A DNA stretch of 64,000 bases. Source: Chrysemys picta bellii. Taxonomy: Eukaryota. Shown piece by piece: positions 21,588 through 35,164 of this stretch. Each line of letters starts with the position of its first letter. Position 1 is the first letter of the stretch. The stretch lies in NCBI RefSeq assembly GCF_011386835.1, contig NC_088792.1, forward strand, positions 287,060,001-287,124,000. The letters are read 5' to 3'. The notes under the pieces were generated by a model. It saw nothing but the letters and a program-made list of their open reading frames with translations. It searched no databases and was not told the origin of the DNA. The position numbers and the translations under genes were made by a program.

Positions 21588-24500
21588 AACCAGCCACCGA
21601 CTCCAGTAACTCAGCCCATCTAGCGCAGCCATTGGTCTGGGTGTGAATGTTCGGGAGCCCATTCCTGGGCTGCCAGGAGCTGGTCTTTGCTCTAAGTGGA
21701 GGAGCAGGGACTGTTCGATGCTTTGTATTAGGGTTTGGGGGTTTGTACAATTTTATCCCTCTCCTGAATTACAAAATAAAAATCTTTATTTTAAGTACAA
21801 ACTTGTGTCGTGGTGAGCTCTAGTTCCTTTAATTCTATATTTGATGTTTAACCTGTAGAGAGAGACCCCACCCCTCGTTTCTGCCAGGGCCGTTCCCCTC
21901 CCTGTTTATAGCGATCGCTTTCACGTGAGGGGGCGGACCAGGACCCTGCTGAGCGTTCAGAGCTGTGCGTTGCAGGGTCCAGTCTGAGGTATTAGAAGAA
22001 CAATTGTGACAAAAACCCAGTCACTGTTCTGAAGGAGGGTGTCAGGAACTGAAGGGGGCAGGGAACCCAACACCTGGGCCATGATCCTGAAAGGTACTTG
22101 AAGGGCTTCTCTGCCTCTTTAGACTCTAAGGCCCCTCTTTAGGCGTCTTTAGAGTTTTCAAACCTACCTCTCCATTGTCACCTTAGATCATAGACCCCTC
22201 TGGGATGTCAACTTAAATAGAGCGGAAATAAACAGTGTGTTGACTGCCTGTCAGTGTCTTTGAGTCATTATTTTGTCTAACTCTGGAAATAGACCAAGTC
22301 AGTTCTCAGCCTCCTTCATAGAAACCCTTTTTCTCTTTAAATCAGGGGGGAACATGACCCTGGTGGAGGTTCAGATATGCTGAGTGTAGGGTCCTGGTTT
22401 TGAGATAATCAAAAAGTTGTGACTAAAGTCAGGTCACTGTTCTGAGAGTGTTAGTCAGGTCAGTGGTGCTCAAAGTTTTCCAGTCGCTCCCCCCACTTAC
22501 CAGAAATTTAATCTGTCCACGCCCCCCCCTCCCCACCCCCATTACTGCACAGCCCAGGCTTCCTCAGCAGTGAAGCTTGGGCTGAAGGGGGAGGTGGGGT
22601 CGGAGCTGGTCTGGGGGAAAAGCGGGAATGAGAACAGAGCTGGGCTGGGTCAGGCAGTGGGGTGTGGAGCTGCTGTTAGGGGGAGAGCAGGACTGGGTGC
22701 TGAAGGCAGAGCTGGTCTGGGGACAGAGCAGAGATGGAAGTGTGGCACTCCCTCCCTTCCCCGCAGGCTGGCTCCAGCCATGCCATGTGCCCCCCCAAAA
22801 CATTCCTCAGTGCTCCCATGGGGGGGTGCACCCCACACTTTGAGAGCCACTGGCTAAAGGGGTGGGCACTTGGTCAGGGAGGGGACTAGGAACCAACTAG
22901 CAGCACTCTGTTTCTAGCACCCCATCCTGTAATTTGCCAGGTGCACACCGGGGAGGGTCCTGGGGGGCACAGAGGAATAATTGTGATGGGAGTAAACTAT
23001 AAAATCAACTTCTGCAAAGCTCAGTGCACAGGACAGTCGAGGGGGAGCCAAAGCATGGCCTTATCGCTCATCAGTGAATCCTAGGGGAAGAGGCCTGTTT
23101 GGCAGGGCCAGCTGCACAGCTCGCTGCCCCATGGGGAAACCCAGCGCTTTCCTTCGCTCCCAGGCACACAGGGACTTCACTAGGAGGCTGTGGCAGCAGA
23201 ATGCCGTGTGTGTGCCAGGATGGTGGCTCTGAACCTTTCCAGACCACTGGCCCCTTTTCAGGAGACTGATTTGTCTTGCTACCCCCAGGTGTCACCTCCC
23301 TTAAAAACAACTTGCTTACACAATGCGACATAGAAATACGAAAGTGTCACAGCCCACTAGTACTGAAAAATGGCTTTTCTTTCTCCTTTTTACCATATCA
23401 TTATAAAATAAATCAGCTGGAATGTAAATATTATATTTACATTTCATTGTACAATATATACAGCTAGAGGTGCCAGAACTGGGCAGGGGGGCCTTACAGG
23501 CCATGGACTTCCCAGTTTTCTGCCACGGGCCTGGCTCCTTGCCCCTCCTCTTCCGCTAAGTCCCCACCTCCTGACCAGGCTGGAAGCTGGAGCCCGGCCA
23601 GGGTAAGAGAGGCCCGGGGATCCTGGGAAACTGTGGGAAGCTGCAGACCTGCCACCTGTGCAGGGTGGGGGCACTGAAGAGCAGCCCCCAGCCTGTGTCC
23701 CTGCCTTCCGGGCCCCCTACCCAGGGTAGATGGAGGGTCTGCGGCTCCCCACAGCTGTCTGCTCTTACCACGGCCCGGCTGCAGCTCTTTGGTCCCTGAG
23801 GCCCCAGGCCAGAGCAGAAGCTGGAGCTGGGTTGGGGTAACAGTCGTGCAGGCAGCTATGGGGAGCCGTGGACCTTCCACCTGCCCTGGATGGAAGGCCA
23901 GGGCGAGGGGACAGAGATCCCTGCTCTCGGTAATGGTTTGAATTGGTCAATGGAAAAAAAAATGAGATGACGGATGCCTCCCCCTGCCTCCCTTTTTTGG
24001 GGTCCTTTAAAGGAGACTTTGAAAAATTCTGATGCTCATTTTTCGCCCAGCACAAGACAGACGGCATAGACCAGAGCGAAGGGTTTTCTTTCCGAGAGGA
24101 AAGCCAGCCGGCCTTGCTCTTGTCTCAAGCAGAGGCGGATTAGAGCTTTGGGGGGCCCTGGGCCGGTGCACAGGGAGACTGAGCAATTTGCCCAAAGTCA
24201 CACTGAGTTTGGGGCAGAGATGGGAACCGAACTCTGAAAGCTTATGCACAAATACCTTTGTTAGTCTCTAAGGTGCCACAAGTACTCCTGTTCTTTTTGG
24301 GGATACAGACTAATACGGCTGCTACTCTGAAATCTGACTTCCTGGATCTCTGGCTTGTGCCTTAACTGCAGAACTCTGATGTACAGTGGGGGCGTCACAC
24401 ACCTAAGCATGATACGGTCGAATTTTCAAAAGTATTTTGTATTGGACTGATTCGGCTCCCACTGAAGTCAGTGGTAAACCCTGGATAAGCTGAGAATCCT

Positions 24501-27500
24501 CAGGCTTAGAGTTTTCTGTGTGCTCTGTGTGAAAACCCTCAAAGCCCAAATAAACCCCTTCCATGTACCTGCAGAAAGACATCTTTACGCATCTCCAACT
24601 GCTCTTTTATCTGTGGGGTCTCAGTCTGGTATTTAAATGTAACATCTAGCAACAGAAAGAGAGGCAGGACAATTACAGCAGGTCAACATCTGCAGGGCTA
24701 AGGTGTTCTAAAGTGTCTCGTGATTTGAGACCTCTTAAAAGGGCCCTGACTTTCAAAAGTGCTGAGCACTCACCCTCTGAAAATCAGGCCCCTTTAAGGT
24801 CTCAGGTTAGGCAACCAAAATCACAAGGCAATTTTGAAAACCTTGGCCTAAGTGACACACCTAAGGTCACACACACAGGGACTCTAGGACAGAGCTGGGA
24901 ATGGAAGCTTGATCACTTGAGTCCTAGCCTAGCATTTTAGCCACAAGGGCCGTCCTTTCTTCCTACCAGAATACAAAGTTGATGATCTACTGAAACCCAG
25001 CAGGTGTTTTCTTCCTTTAACTCCATTGATCCCTTAAGCCCCGTCTATCTGACAACTTTCAACTGAGCCTGTAATCAGTCAGCAATACATTCGGCCCTAA
25101 AAGCCTGGTGTGTGTCCACACATCACCTGGTTAATACTCACTTAAGCTTTCTCTGTCTATCTCATTGATCAGTGTGTGTTTTGTGTCCTCTAGGGGCTGG
25201 TCCACCACGGGTCTCGTTCTGCTACAGCTCCTACCTATGGGAGTTCGTCCCTTAGCTCAAACAGTAGTGGGTCATACAGTTACAAGGTCCTGGGTTTGAT
25301 CCTTGGTGATAACCAAGATGACTGTTGTTACATCAATACTCGAGAAGTTTCCCTTTTCCAGAACTGTTCTAACCCTTCTATTGTACTTCTAAAAGGCCTG
25401 AGTCTCATCAAGGTATGTCTACACTAGAAACACTCCAGGGCTGGAGCTACAGGCGCCAACTTTCCAGCGTGCTACAGGGTGCTCACTGCTCAAGCCCTGG
25501 CTCTGTCCCAAGCCTCAGCCCCACTCCACTCCTTCCCCCAAGGCCCCCGCCCCTTCCCCAGAATCTGCCGTGCCCTTGCTCCTCCTCCTCCCCTCCCCCC
25601 AAGCCTTCTGCACACCACAAAACAGCTGATCGCAGCTGGTGGGAGGGACAGGGATGGAGAGTTAGGCGCTGATCCGCGGTGCTGCTGGCGGGTGCGGGGA
25701 GCTGACGGGGGGCTGCTGATGTGTTACTGTGGCTCTTTGGCGATGCACATTGGTAAATTCTGGCTCCTTCTCAGGCTCAGATTGGTCACCCCGGTCTATC
25801 TACACAGCAGCTAGGAGGTTGCTCCCTAGCCAGGTGGACAGAGGCACAGTTTTATTCAAGCTAGTGCGCTAACAGTAGCAGTGTGGCCCCAGTGTGCGGG
25901 TGGCCGCCAGAGTACAATCCTGCCCACCCCAGGGAACATCCTCAGGTGGGAGTCAACAATCTGCCATGGCCCCGCTGCTATTGGAACCAGGCTAACTCAT
26001 GGGTACCAGTCTGCCCATGCTGGGAAGCAGCCCTTGGTCTCAGGACAGGCCTGACCCCCAGTGCCCAGCCCTGTCCTGAACTGGAAATTGCCCACTTCCA
26101 CAGTGTGAACTGGGACTCTCTCCTCCACACCCCGCACTCTGCACTGGCTGGCAGGGGCTTGGGGTCTGAGTCATGGTGCCTGTGTCTGGTGATGGACAAG
26201 GAGGTGACTTGGAGGGCAGGTGCAGAGGGCCCGTCTGCCCTGGAATGGGGCAGGGACACCACTGGCTCAGGAGGTGAGTGGGCAGGGTCTGGACTCTGCC
26301 TGGGACCTTTCTCCTTTGACAGATGGTCAAGCAGCAACACTCCTTCTCCCAGCAGTGGGGCTAGCACTGGTGGGGAGCCCCACAGGACCAGCTGCTTCCC
26401 AGGTGTGTCTGCAGTTCAGGTCAAGGGCAGTAGGGTGAGGATCAGGGAGGGAAGGGCCAGCCCCATGTTGCCCCGTGACCTGCTCTCCCAGCCAGGAACC
26501 AGCAGGAAGTAACAGGCTGGCTGGGAGGGTGCTGTCTTGGGGAGGTCGGGTGGGGGGAATGGGGCCCTCTGTGAGGGAGGGAAACTATTGGGAGGGTGAG
26601 TAAGGAGATCTATGGTGCTACGGGGTCATGGGAGCTGTGCACGGTCAACCCTGGCTTCCCCCAAAGGGCACAGCACAAATGTCTCTGCTTGTTCTCAGGC
26701 ACCTTTCTGGGAGGGGCCTGGGACCGGGGCCAGCAGCAGACATGGGGCAGAGTGAGTCTGAGCCTCAGGACGAGCAGGAGGTAGGTGCTGTCCAGTTCCT
26801 TGCTGGGGCCCCTGGCAGTTTGTCCTCTGCAGCCTGGCAGTAACTGGAGTGAGCAAGTTCCCAGCCTCTCAACCCCATCGTTCCACCCCTGCCACCCATG
26901 TTCAGAGAGCTCCCCCTGCTGGTGTTGTCCACTGACTGGACAAGGACCTGAAGAGACCCTCTCCACCAGCACCATTTCCTGGGCGCTGGGGACACTTCCC
27001 TAGTGCAGGGCACCTTGGCTGGCATCCCAGTCAGAGTCCTCCCCAGGACCCCCACTTGCCCCAGCAGGATGCCCCTCCCCTCTGACTTGGGAATGTTAAA
27101 TCCAGCATCCAGGTCACGTTCCAGCTCCACGAATCCCCCATCTCCCATGGGAACCTTCTTCCCAGATGAGGTACTGGGTTTGGCAGTTTGTCCTCACTGT
27201 TTGAGCGGAGTGAAGTGGTCATTAGAAAGGACTGGCTGAGGCTGACCCATATCAATGGAAAACCCCGGTCACCAACACATTGACAACTGGCAACCAATGC
27301 CCCACCGCCTGTCAGCCGGGATCTGAGCAGAGACCCTGGTTTGAGACCAAAGGACTGGGGGGTGGGAGCTGGGGGGAAAGAGCTCTTCTGGGAGAGGCTG
27401 GGAGCTCTCACTGCTTGGCCTAAGGAAGGGCGTCAGAGACAGCTGGCAGGGCATTGCTCTGGGCTGACGGGACCTGCCTGTGCTTTAACGCTTATGGTGA

Positions 27501-27893
27501 CCTGAGCTCTTCCCATGCTGGCTTCCAGCTGCCTCATAAACCCGCCTGTGTGAGCGTCTCCGGTGCATTGGTCCCTGCGGAGTGGACTCTACCAGGAATC
27601 CCCCGTTCCCTCCCCCCCGGGTGCTGGGCCTCAGGCCGAGGAAACATTCAACCCCTGCACAGCTGGAATGGGGAGGGGTTGGTTTCCATGGAGCTGGGGG
27701 AATTTATGCTGGGCTGTGGCTCTGCCGAGGTTAGTGGGGTGCTCCAGGGAGTTCAGGCTCAGCCAGAGCTGTAGGCTGTCCCCCAGGTCTCCTGGCCGCC
27801 TATCTGTGGGTGCGCACCTTGGGGGCAGGCCTGCCCCTCACCCTGGTGCTGGGGCTGACGTTCCTCTCTCTCCTCCGCCCCACCCCTCAAGAG

Positions 27894-28644
27894 GACGTCA
27901 GCCTTCACTTCGTGCTGTGGGGCTGCCTACACGTCTACCAGCGCCTGATCGACAAGGCGGAGGATGTGGGCCTCTTCCTGACACAGCTCGGCGAGATGGT
28001 GGGCCAGCTGGCTGTGCTGACCGGGGAGCCCCTCATCTTCACCATCAAAGCCAACCGTGACTGCACCTTCCTCAGGATCTCCACGTTGGACTTCTACGAG
28101 CTGGTGTCCCCCTTCCCCTCCACATCCTGTGGGCAGGGTCTGCCCACTTCCCACCCCACTTCCATCTAGACTGGTGACCGGGGTCAGATTGGGGCCAGTG
28201 CTCCCTAGAGAGGAAAGGCACCGTGTCCCATTCCCCACCCCCATAAACCAGCCAGTCCCCTGCCCTGGGCTGGATTGGAGCTGCCTCCCCCTAGAGGGGA
28301 AAGGCCCCATGTCCCAGTCCTCCAATGGTGCACCTGTTGCATGGGCCTGGATTCTCCTGCCCTGGGCTGTGATCTGTCCTGGTGCCATGTTTTCTTGGCT
28401 GGCTCTGTTCCAGAGGAGGTGGGTGACTCAGGGAGGGGGCGGCTGCAGTCAGCAGCGCACTGGCAGCAACGGGGCCACCTGTGCACTGACGAGCTGCCCG
28501 CTCTCTCCCCAGGATCGTGCGGGAACAGCCCAGCGTGGTGCTGAGTGTTGCCCATACTGTGGCCGCCCGCATGTCCCCATTCATGCCCCAGATGGACTTT
28601 GCCATCGACTGGATGGCAGTGGAGGCCAAACGGGCCTTGTACAG
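27894..28644 (+). pseudogene. PNPLA6: Two-exon unprocessed fragment of PNPLA6 (neuropathy target esterase), cyclic-nucleotide-binding region
   Basis: Exon 27894-28099 reads [69 protein letters not shown]. Exon 28513-28644 reads [44 protein letters not shown]. The second is closer to PNPLA6 than PNPLA7 as I recall them. Both donors are non-GT (GC, GA); no other exons were seen. Confidence 0.8.
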
Positions 28645-30169
28645 GAGAGTGAGGCCTGTGCTGGGGGGAGGAGGGGGGTGCTGGGAAATCCTGGCTGGGG
28701 AACCCCAGTTTCTCTGCCTAGCCCAGGGAACAGCTGGGACCAACAGTCCCTGCTGTGTTTAACCCCTTCTGCGCCAGGGTAACGGGCACCCCTGTTACTC
28801 TCAGCCTCGTCTATGCCCTTCCTGCAGCAAAAATGACTCAGGCATCCCAGCGCTCTAGGCGGGCGCTGTCCAGGCCAGCAGCCGTGCTGTTTCCAGAGGG
28901 GCCAGGCGAGACCTGACCAGCTGCCTCTGACCCCTCCATGGGACTCAGGTTTTCACCTGGGCTGACCTCACTTCAATCCCTTCCTGGCTGCAGATGTTGG
29001 ATTGAGAGCAGCCCGGGTGCTCTGGGGATGGGGGCGTCCCAGCCCAGGGCGGGTGCCAGCTGGGGCTGTCAGACTCGCCACTCATTGCATGTGCTCTCCC
29101 AGCCCAGGCGGTAGGGGGCGTTCTCCCTGGGGCAGACACCAGCTCAGCATTCAGACTCACCGCTCACTGCATGCACTCTCCCAGCCAATGTGGTAGGGGA
29201 CGCTCTAGTTCTAGGGCTGGAGGAACCCAGCCCTGGGGGACCTAGGTCCTGCAGGATAGCTCCATTGGGAGGGGACTTGTAGAAAGAAGGAGTAGAGCTC
29301 CGTATGAACACACAAGTGACACAAGCAGCACATTGATAGAATTACAGACCCCCTCCCCCAGAAGAGTCACCCTAATCAATGAGCCTACCCAAAGTGATGG
29401 GCACATCTGGTAACAGCATGCAAAAAGCCTTTTTCCTTCCTCAGGAAAGTTAGATCCCAGGCATGTTGGTTAATGATGATGCTGGGAGATTGCTTTAGGT
29501 GAAAAACTGCTGTAATAATTGATTTTAGCCTGTTAATGTAAAATTTAGACTCTAAGAAGCATGTTATGATTTTCATTTTATATGTAACCAGTTCTGTTTC
29601 CATTATCCTGACTCAGTACCTCTTAAATCTAAATCTTTGATAATAAATTTAGGGTTATTCCACTATACATATATCTCATTGCTGCGAGGTTATAAACAAT
29701 CTGATCTTGAGCTGTACCAATCAAGCTGTTTGGATTCTGTTCCCTGGTAATTTCTGAGAGTGTCCTGTCACAGTAACCCGATGCTACTGGGGGACACTTT
29801 CAGAGGGGCTTGGGGGCTGCGGTGCAACTACTGTTACCATGCAAGGCAGAGCAAGGGGCGGCAGAGCCCTGTGGAGATTGGTAGGATGTCTAACAGACCG
29901 GTGATGTTATGCTTGACTAGATATCAGCTCCCTGAGAAAATCTTCCTCTCGCCAGATGGGTAACAAGGTGACTCAGAGCCTGGGCACCCCAAGAAAGCTG
30001 CACACATACCCCTGTAACCTGCTTTCCCTCCTCCAGTGCCTCTGTATCTTAGCCAGACCTCAAATATGTTCAAACCCTGTTCAGATATGTTAAGGACTGT
30101 TACAAAGAGGACCCTGATCAACTGTTCTCCATATGCACTGGAAGTAGGAGAAGTAGGAATCAGCTTCAT

Positions 30170-30390
30170 CTGCAGCACGGGAGATTTAGGTTAGATCTTA
30201 GGAAAAACTTTCCAACTATAAAGATAGATAAGCTCTGGAATAGGCCTCAAAGGGAGGTTGTGGAATCCACCATTGGAGGTTGTTAAGAACCCATTAGACA
30301 AAGAGCTGTCAGGGACGGTCTAAGTATAGTGCCGGACGGGATGATCTTTCTAGGACCCTTCCAGCCCTACATTTCTAGGATTCTCTGAAC
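30170..30390 (+). mobile_element. CR1 LINE 3' fragment
   Basis: The stretches ggagatttaggttagatcttaggaaaaact...gggaggttgtggaatcc...ggacccttccagccctac are typical of the CR1 ORF2 end and 3' UTR. Confidence 0.7.
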
Positions 30391-33300
30391 TGTGGAGTTT
30401 AACTGGTGAGCCCCACAGTGAACTGACCCTGCAGCGTTCACCCAGCTCTAGTCCAATGTGAATTATTAACAAAATGAGCTGGTCCCTGATACGGAGACGT
30501 CACAAGACCAGTGAGCACAGCGGGACATACCCTATCAGAGATACCCAATGACAGTCGTTCCCTTGTAGTGCAGTGGGGGAAGCTAGGGAATCCAATGGTT
30601 CCTCTCGGATAAAGTCTTGCAGTACACAAACAGGGACTTGGCTTAGAAAAGCAGAGATGCCTTCCCTCACATACTATTCCAGGCACCTATCCTAAGTCTG
30701 TAAGTAAACAGACACGGTTCACAGGAATAGACTAGACAGGAGGGAGGATAACTCACCAGAACACAGTCCATTCCACTTACAACCCAGAATTCATCAGCAA
30801 CACTGAATTCCCAGAAAAACAAAGATGAGAATATGATTAAGAACCAGACCCCAGATCACTAACTACAGGGATTAAATCTAGTTTTGTGGGTGTCAGGGGT
30901 TTATTGAGCATTGAACACAACACAGGAAACACTCAGGGCCTCAGGCCTGTCCTCCCTCAGCCCAGTACATCCCAGTCTCCTTGCATCCAGGTGGGCTCTG
31001 CCTGCCCCTCCTCTCCAGCCCAGAGCCCCCCTGCTTCCCAGCTGCATCTCAGATCACCGGCCCCAAGTCCCCCTCTGTCCATTGTCTTCTCTCCAGGTAA
31101 ACAGGGTCGTCTGTGCCTCCTTTCCTCTCTGCCCTCCTCTGGCTGGAACCCGCTGGTTGGGTCATGGTGTCCTTTCTTCACAGCCCATTGTCCTCCCACT
31201 GGCTAGAACCGGCTGTGACTCCTGAGCTGGGTCTCTGGGTCATCAGGCCAGCGGTCGCTGGGGTGTCCATCCTCCAGGCCATCGGCTGGGGTCCCAAGTT
31301 CCCTCTCCGGTCCTCTGGAACAACAAACTCCCTCTCCTCTCACCTCGTTAAACCAGTAACACCCAGGGACACTGAGTCCCACTCCCTCTGCATGCAAATC
31401 ATTGGAAAACCACAAAAATATAAGAAAATTCCCCCATTTCGTCACAGTGGGGATCCTGGAAGAGTAGTTAGAAACCCCAGAGAGGCACTGAACTGAGGTC
31501 TTCTTCCATCTCTGCAGAGAAAGGGTAAGGGAGGAAGCCCCCACATCATGGTTACAGTGGACATGCAGGAAGCCCCAATTTCTCTGAAAGAAGAAATCAG
31601 GCCTCTGAGCAATTGAAACAGATACTTCAAACAGTTTAATAGGAAATGTGTGCACAATAAATCCAAAATCTGGAGCTGGGTTATTTACAGATGACGTTGT
31701 TTGTGAGATACTTGGCCAGCACCTGAAAAAGAAATGTGAAGAGTCATGAGTATTTGTCCAGTGCCCCTTAATACACATAAACAGAGTGGAGAATACTAGG
31801 GAATACCAATATGATAACATGGACCGGGAATAAGCTGCTGGATACGGTATAGAAAGCAAACACCAACACAGGAAACACTACAAGATTAGGGGAACCCATA
31901 TTACTTAATATAGTCGCTCTTGAATGAGCGGAATGTGTCAATTCAGCAGGGGTCTCTACTGATTTCCTTCCAATATTCAACTCTTACAGGAACATTGTCT
32001 CCCCATTGAGAGCTATAAGCAATAACATCCAGACTCCCTCTGCCTTTCGCCCTCCTCTGCTAACTGCTGCCTGGTAATCCCCACAGGCCCTGAACCCGGG
32101 GGACAGTAAACTGGAGAATGAGGTGGTGATGGAGACTAGGGACCTGACCATTCAGTGACCTTTTTCTATGAGGTGGAGGATCCTAGTAGCTAACTTTGGA
32201 GGATGAGTTATATCTGCTGAGCGCCTTTTCTTAAGGGCAGAGCATCCTTATCTCCCAATAACATCAGTGGGAGTTTGAGAACACTCAGCAACTCATAGGA
32301 TTGGGCAATACAAATACAAAGGCCTTAGGTGGCTAAAGTTAAGCACTAAAATCTGCAGTTAGATGCCTAAATACTCATTATAGCCACCTGCAGCCGTGCT
32401 GATTAAATCTCTATCAGCATTGTGGTGTTCAAAATAGATATTTGAAAAACAAGGGGACTGATGTTTATAGGCATATTTGTCCTTTGGTTGACATCAGACA
32501 ACTTTATGCCTGGTGAGTGAATTTTCCAAACCTGGATACCTAAACTTTGACTCCTAACAATCACATGTAGGTGCATAAATAGGGGTGGGATTAGTGGTAA
32601 AGTCCCCTTTTTGCTGCCCTATGTTGCAGTGGAGCAGGACAAAGTAGCCATAAAGCTGCCCTAAGAGGCAGCTAGGATTTCCCCAGCATGTGCAAATCCC
32701 TAACACACAGAGAACTAGCATATATAGTGTACTGCCAGTGAAGCTGGCTGTATGTCACCAACTCCTAGCTTCCCACCCAAGTATATGGGGTGTGAGCTGG
32801 AAACAGAAGATGGCACACACAGTGTGCGTTGTGCTCCAGCAATCTCCAGTGCAGCAATGGCTGTTACAAGACAGCATAATTTAGAACAACCCAGAGTCTA
32901 GAGCTCAGGTGTATTTGAGGATCTGGGCTGGTACTTGGCTGTTCCTATAGTAATGACCCCTGAGCAAGCAGTATAATGTACATGCTTATCACTGAGCTTG
33001 TCCAGAGGCTGCACGTCCATCAGAATGACTAGATGTCCTGATGTGTCATAAAAACGCTTTGAGTAATAAAAATCAACCCAGGCTACTTTACAGGGCCTCA
33101 TCCTTCTCTCACTTACAGCATCTGAGCAGTAGGACAACGGCTAATACTGCCCAGTATTATAGTTGCCTCTCTCTTCTTCCAATTTTGGGTAGCAGGAGTG
33201 AGTAGCATAAGGGCCCTACTGTCAATCAAACATTAACCCCACACCTTAACCCAATAAGCCCTGCCCACCGGTCATTGGAAGTCCCACCCCATGGGGGTAT

Positions 33301-35164
33301 TACTTCCGGGGTCAAGGCGGACACATGACCAGAAGCAAGGTGTGTCATGGGACCCCTCTAAGAACTCCTACCACTGCTCTCTACCAATCAGGAGGGGTTT
33401 CAGCCACTGGGGACCACCCCGAGAGGAGATTTGACCAATTGGGGGGAATTCTGGGGTGGGGTGACTAGTCCGGAAGTGGTTCGTGTGACCCTTCTAAGAA
33501 CTCCTCCCACCACACTCTACCAATCGCAATGAGTTTCGGCTGCAGAGGATTGCTCCGAAAGGAGATTTGACCAAAATTGGGCAGGTTCTGGGATGGGGTG
33601 AACCACCCAGAAGAGGGTCGTGTGACCCCTCTAAGAACTCCTCCCAATGCCCTCTGCCAATCAGAATGCAGCACCATCACCCCATAAGTCCCAGCGCTGG
33701 GCAGAGGAGGCCATCTCTTACCAAGAAGACGTGTTTTAGAAATCATGGAAAGGCTGAGAGGAAACATGGACTCCTTTGCCACCCCCGTGAGAACTTTGGA
33801 CTTTGTTTTAACCCCGAAGACCTTTGGACTTGTGTGGAGAAAACGTTACAGCAGCGACAGTTCTGAAGAGGATGAGGGAGCAGCCGAGGGGATTCCTTTG
33901 GCCCAGCCATTGATGGATATGCCAGAAGCCAAACCCGAAGCCCAACCGCTCATGACACACCCCGATGAGCATGGTGGCCTCTCGTCGTCCACCACCCTGG
34001 AGGAGGAAGGGGATCATGGCTTGGGGGAGTCACCGGCGGACAAGGTGAATGGAAAAGACATCGCTCAGGTAAATGAATGATTAAGAAGCGACAGTCGATG
34101 ATGGGGTGTAATGGGGTTAGGAATCTGGGGTTGTGTAAATCTAAAAAGAAGCAATGGGAACTTACACTTGTTTCTTGTCTAAAAATCTCTTGACAGCTCG
34201 ACGATGCCTTTCTAGAGGACCCGGAGGCCCTGGTCAGCATTGCATCAAGCAGCGAAGATGAACTCCGAGGATGATGGCTATGAGGAGTTTAGGAGGAGGT
34301 TTGGCGTGGAACTCGCTGAGCCAGTGCCACGTCGTGAGCGTAAAAAATTATGCGGACTATTGTACGCGTTGCTGTTTGCGCTGTTCTTAATCACTGTCTT
34401 AGGGAAAAGCTTTTTGAAGATTCTGAGGGCTGTGTCATAGATGCACCAGCCCCCCGGCACCATGACCGTGTGACTTGGACTTCAATGGATATAAACTGCA
34501 AGCTCCGGGGCTTGTGTGCTGAGCTGTGTTTGGAAAGCTTATTGAACACTATTATTGCCATAGGTTATGCTATGCAATTTCTGTGCCTAACCCAAGAACA
34601 TTTAATGCAAGGGGTGACCTTGATAAATGCTGTGCAATTCAGTGGAGACCCTGATCATATTTTAAAGAAAATGCCCAAACCGGAAGATGCCTGCTTACGG
34701 TGTTATGTTGACTGTATGGTCCACACAAAAAGTGACAGAACCCTGCTTAAGAAAAAGACTTTTTGTAAGGCCTGGTCTACACTAGGCGTTTATGTCGAAG
34801 TTAGCGCCGTTAAATCGAATTAACCCTGCACCCGTCCACACTGCGATGCTATTTAGTTCGACATAGAGGTCTCTTTAATTCGACTTCTGTACTCCTCCCC
34901 GACGAGGGGAGTAGCGCTAAATTCGACATGGCCATGTCGAATTAGGCTAGGTGTGGATGGAAATCGACGCTAATAGCTCCGGGAGCTATCCCACAGTGCA
35001 CCACTCTGTTGACGCTCTGGACAGCAGTGCGAGCTCGGATGCTCTGACCAGCCACACAGGAAAAGCCCCGGGAAAATTTGAATTTGAATTCCTTTTCCTG
35101 TCTGGCCAGTTTGAATCTCATTTCCTGTCTGGACATCGTGGCGAGCACAGCAGCACTGGCAACG

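Noticed and set aside
26560-26790. Splice-like signals (gg/gtgagt, ttctcag) suggesting further exons next to the PNPLA6 fragment
   Set aside because: The translations matched no protein I recognise and no consistent exon chain emerged.
29240-29410. Segment repeated at about 63330-63515
   Set aside because: Short diverged match with unrelated flanks; consistent with two copies of an ordinary dispersed repeat, not a local duplication.
34240-34440. Small ORF with an apparent transmembrane segment (LLYALLFALFLITVL)
   Set aside because: Better explained as the pPolB N-terminus shifted out of frame at an A-run near 34345; the neighbouring frame continues MRTIVRVAV into the polymerase.
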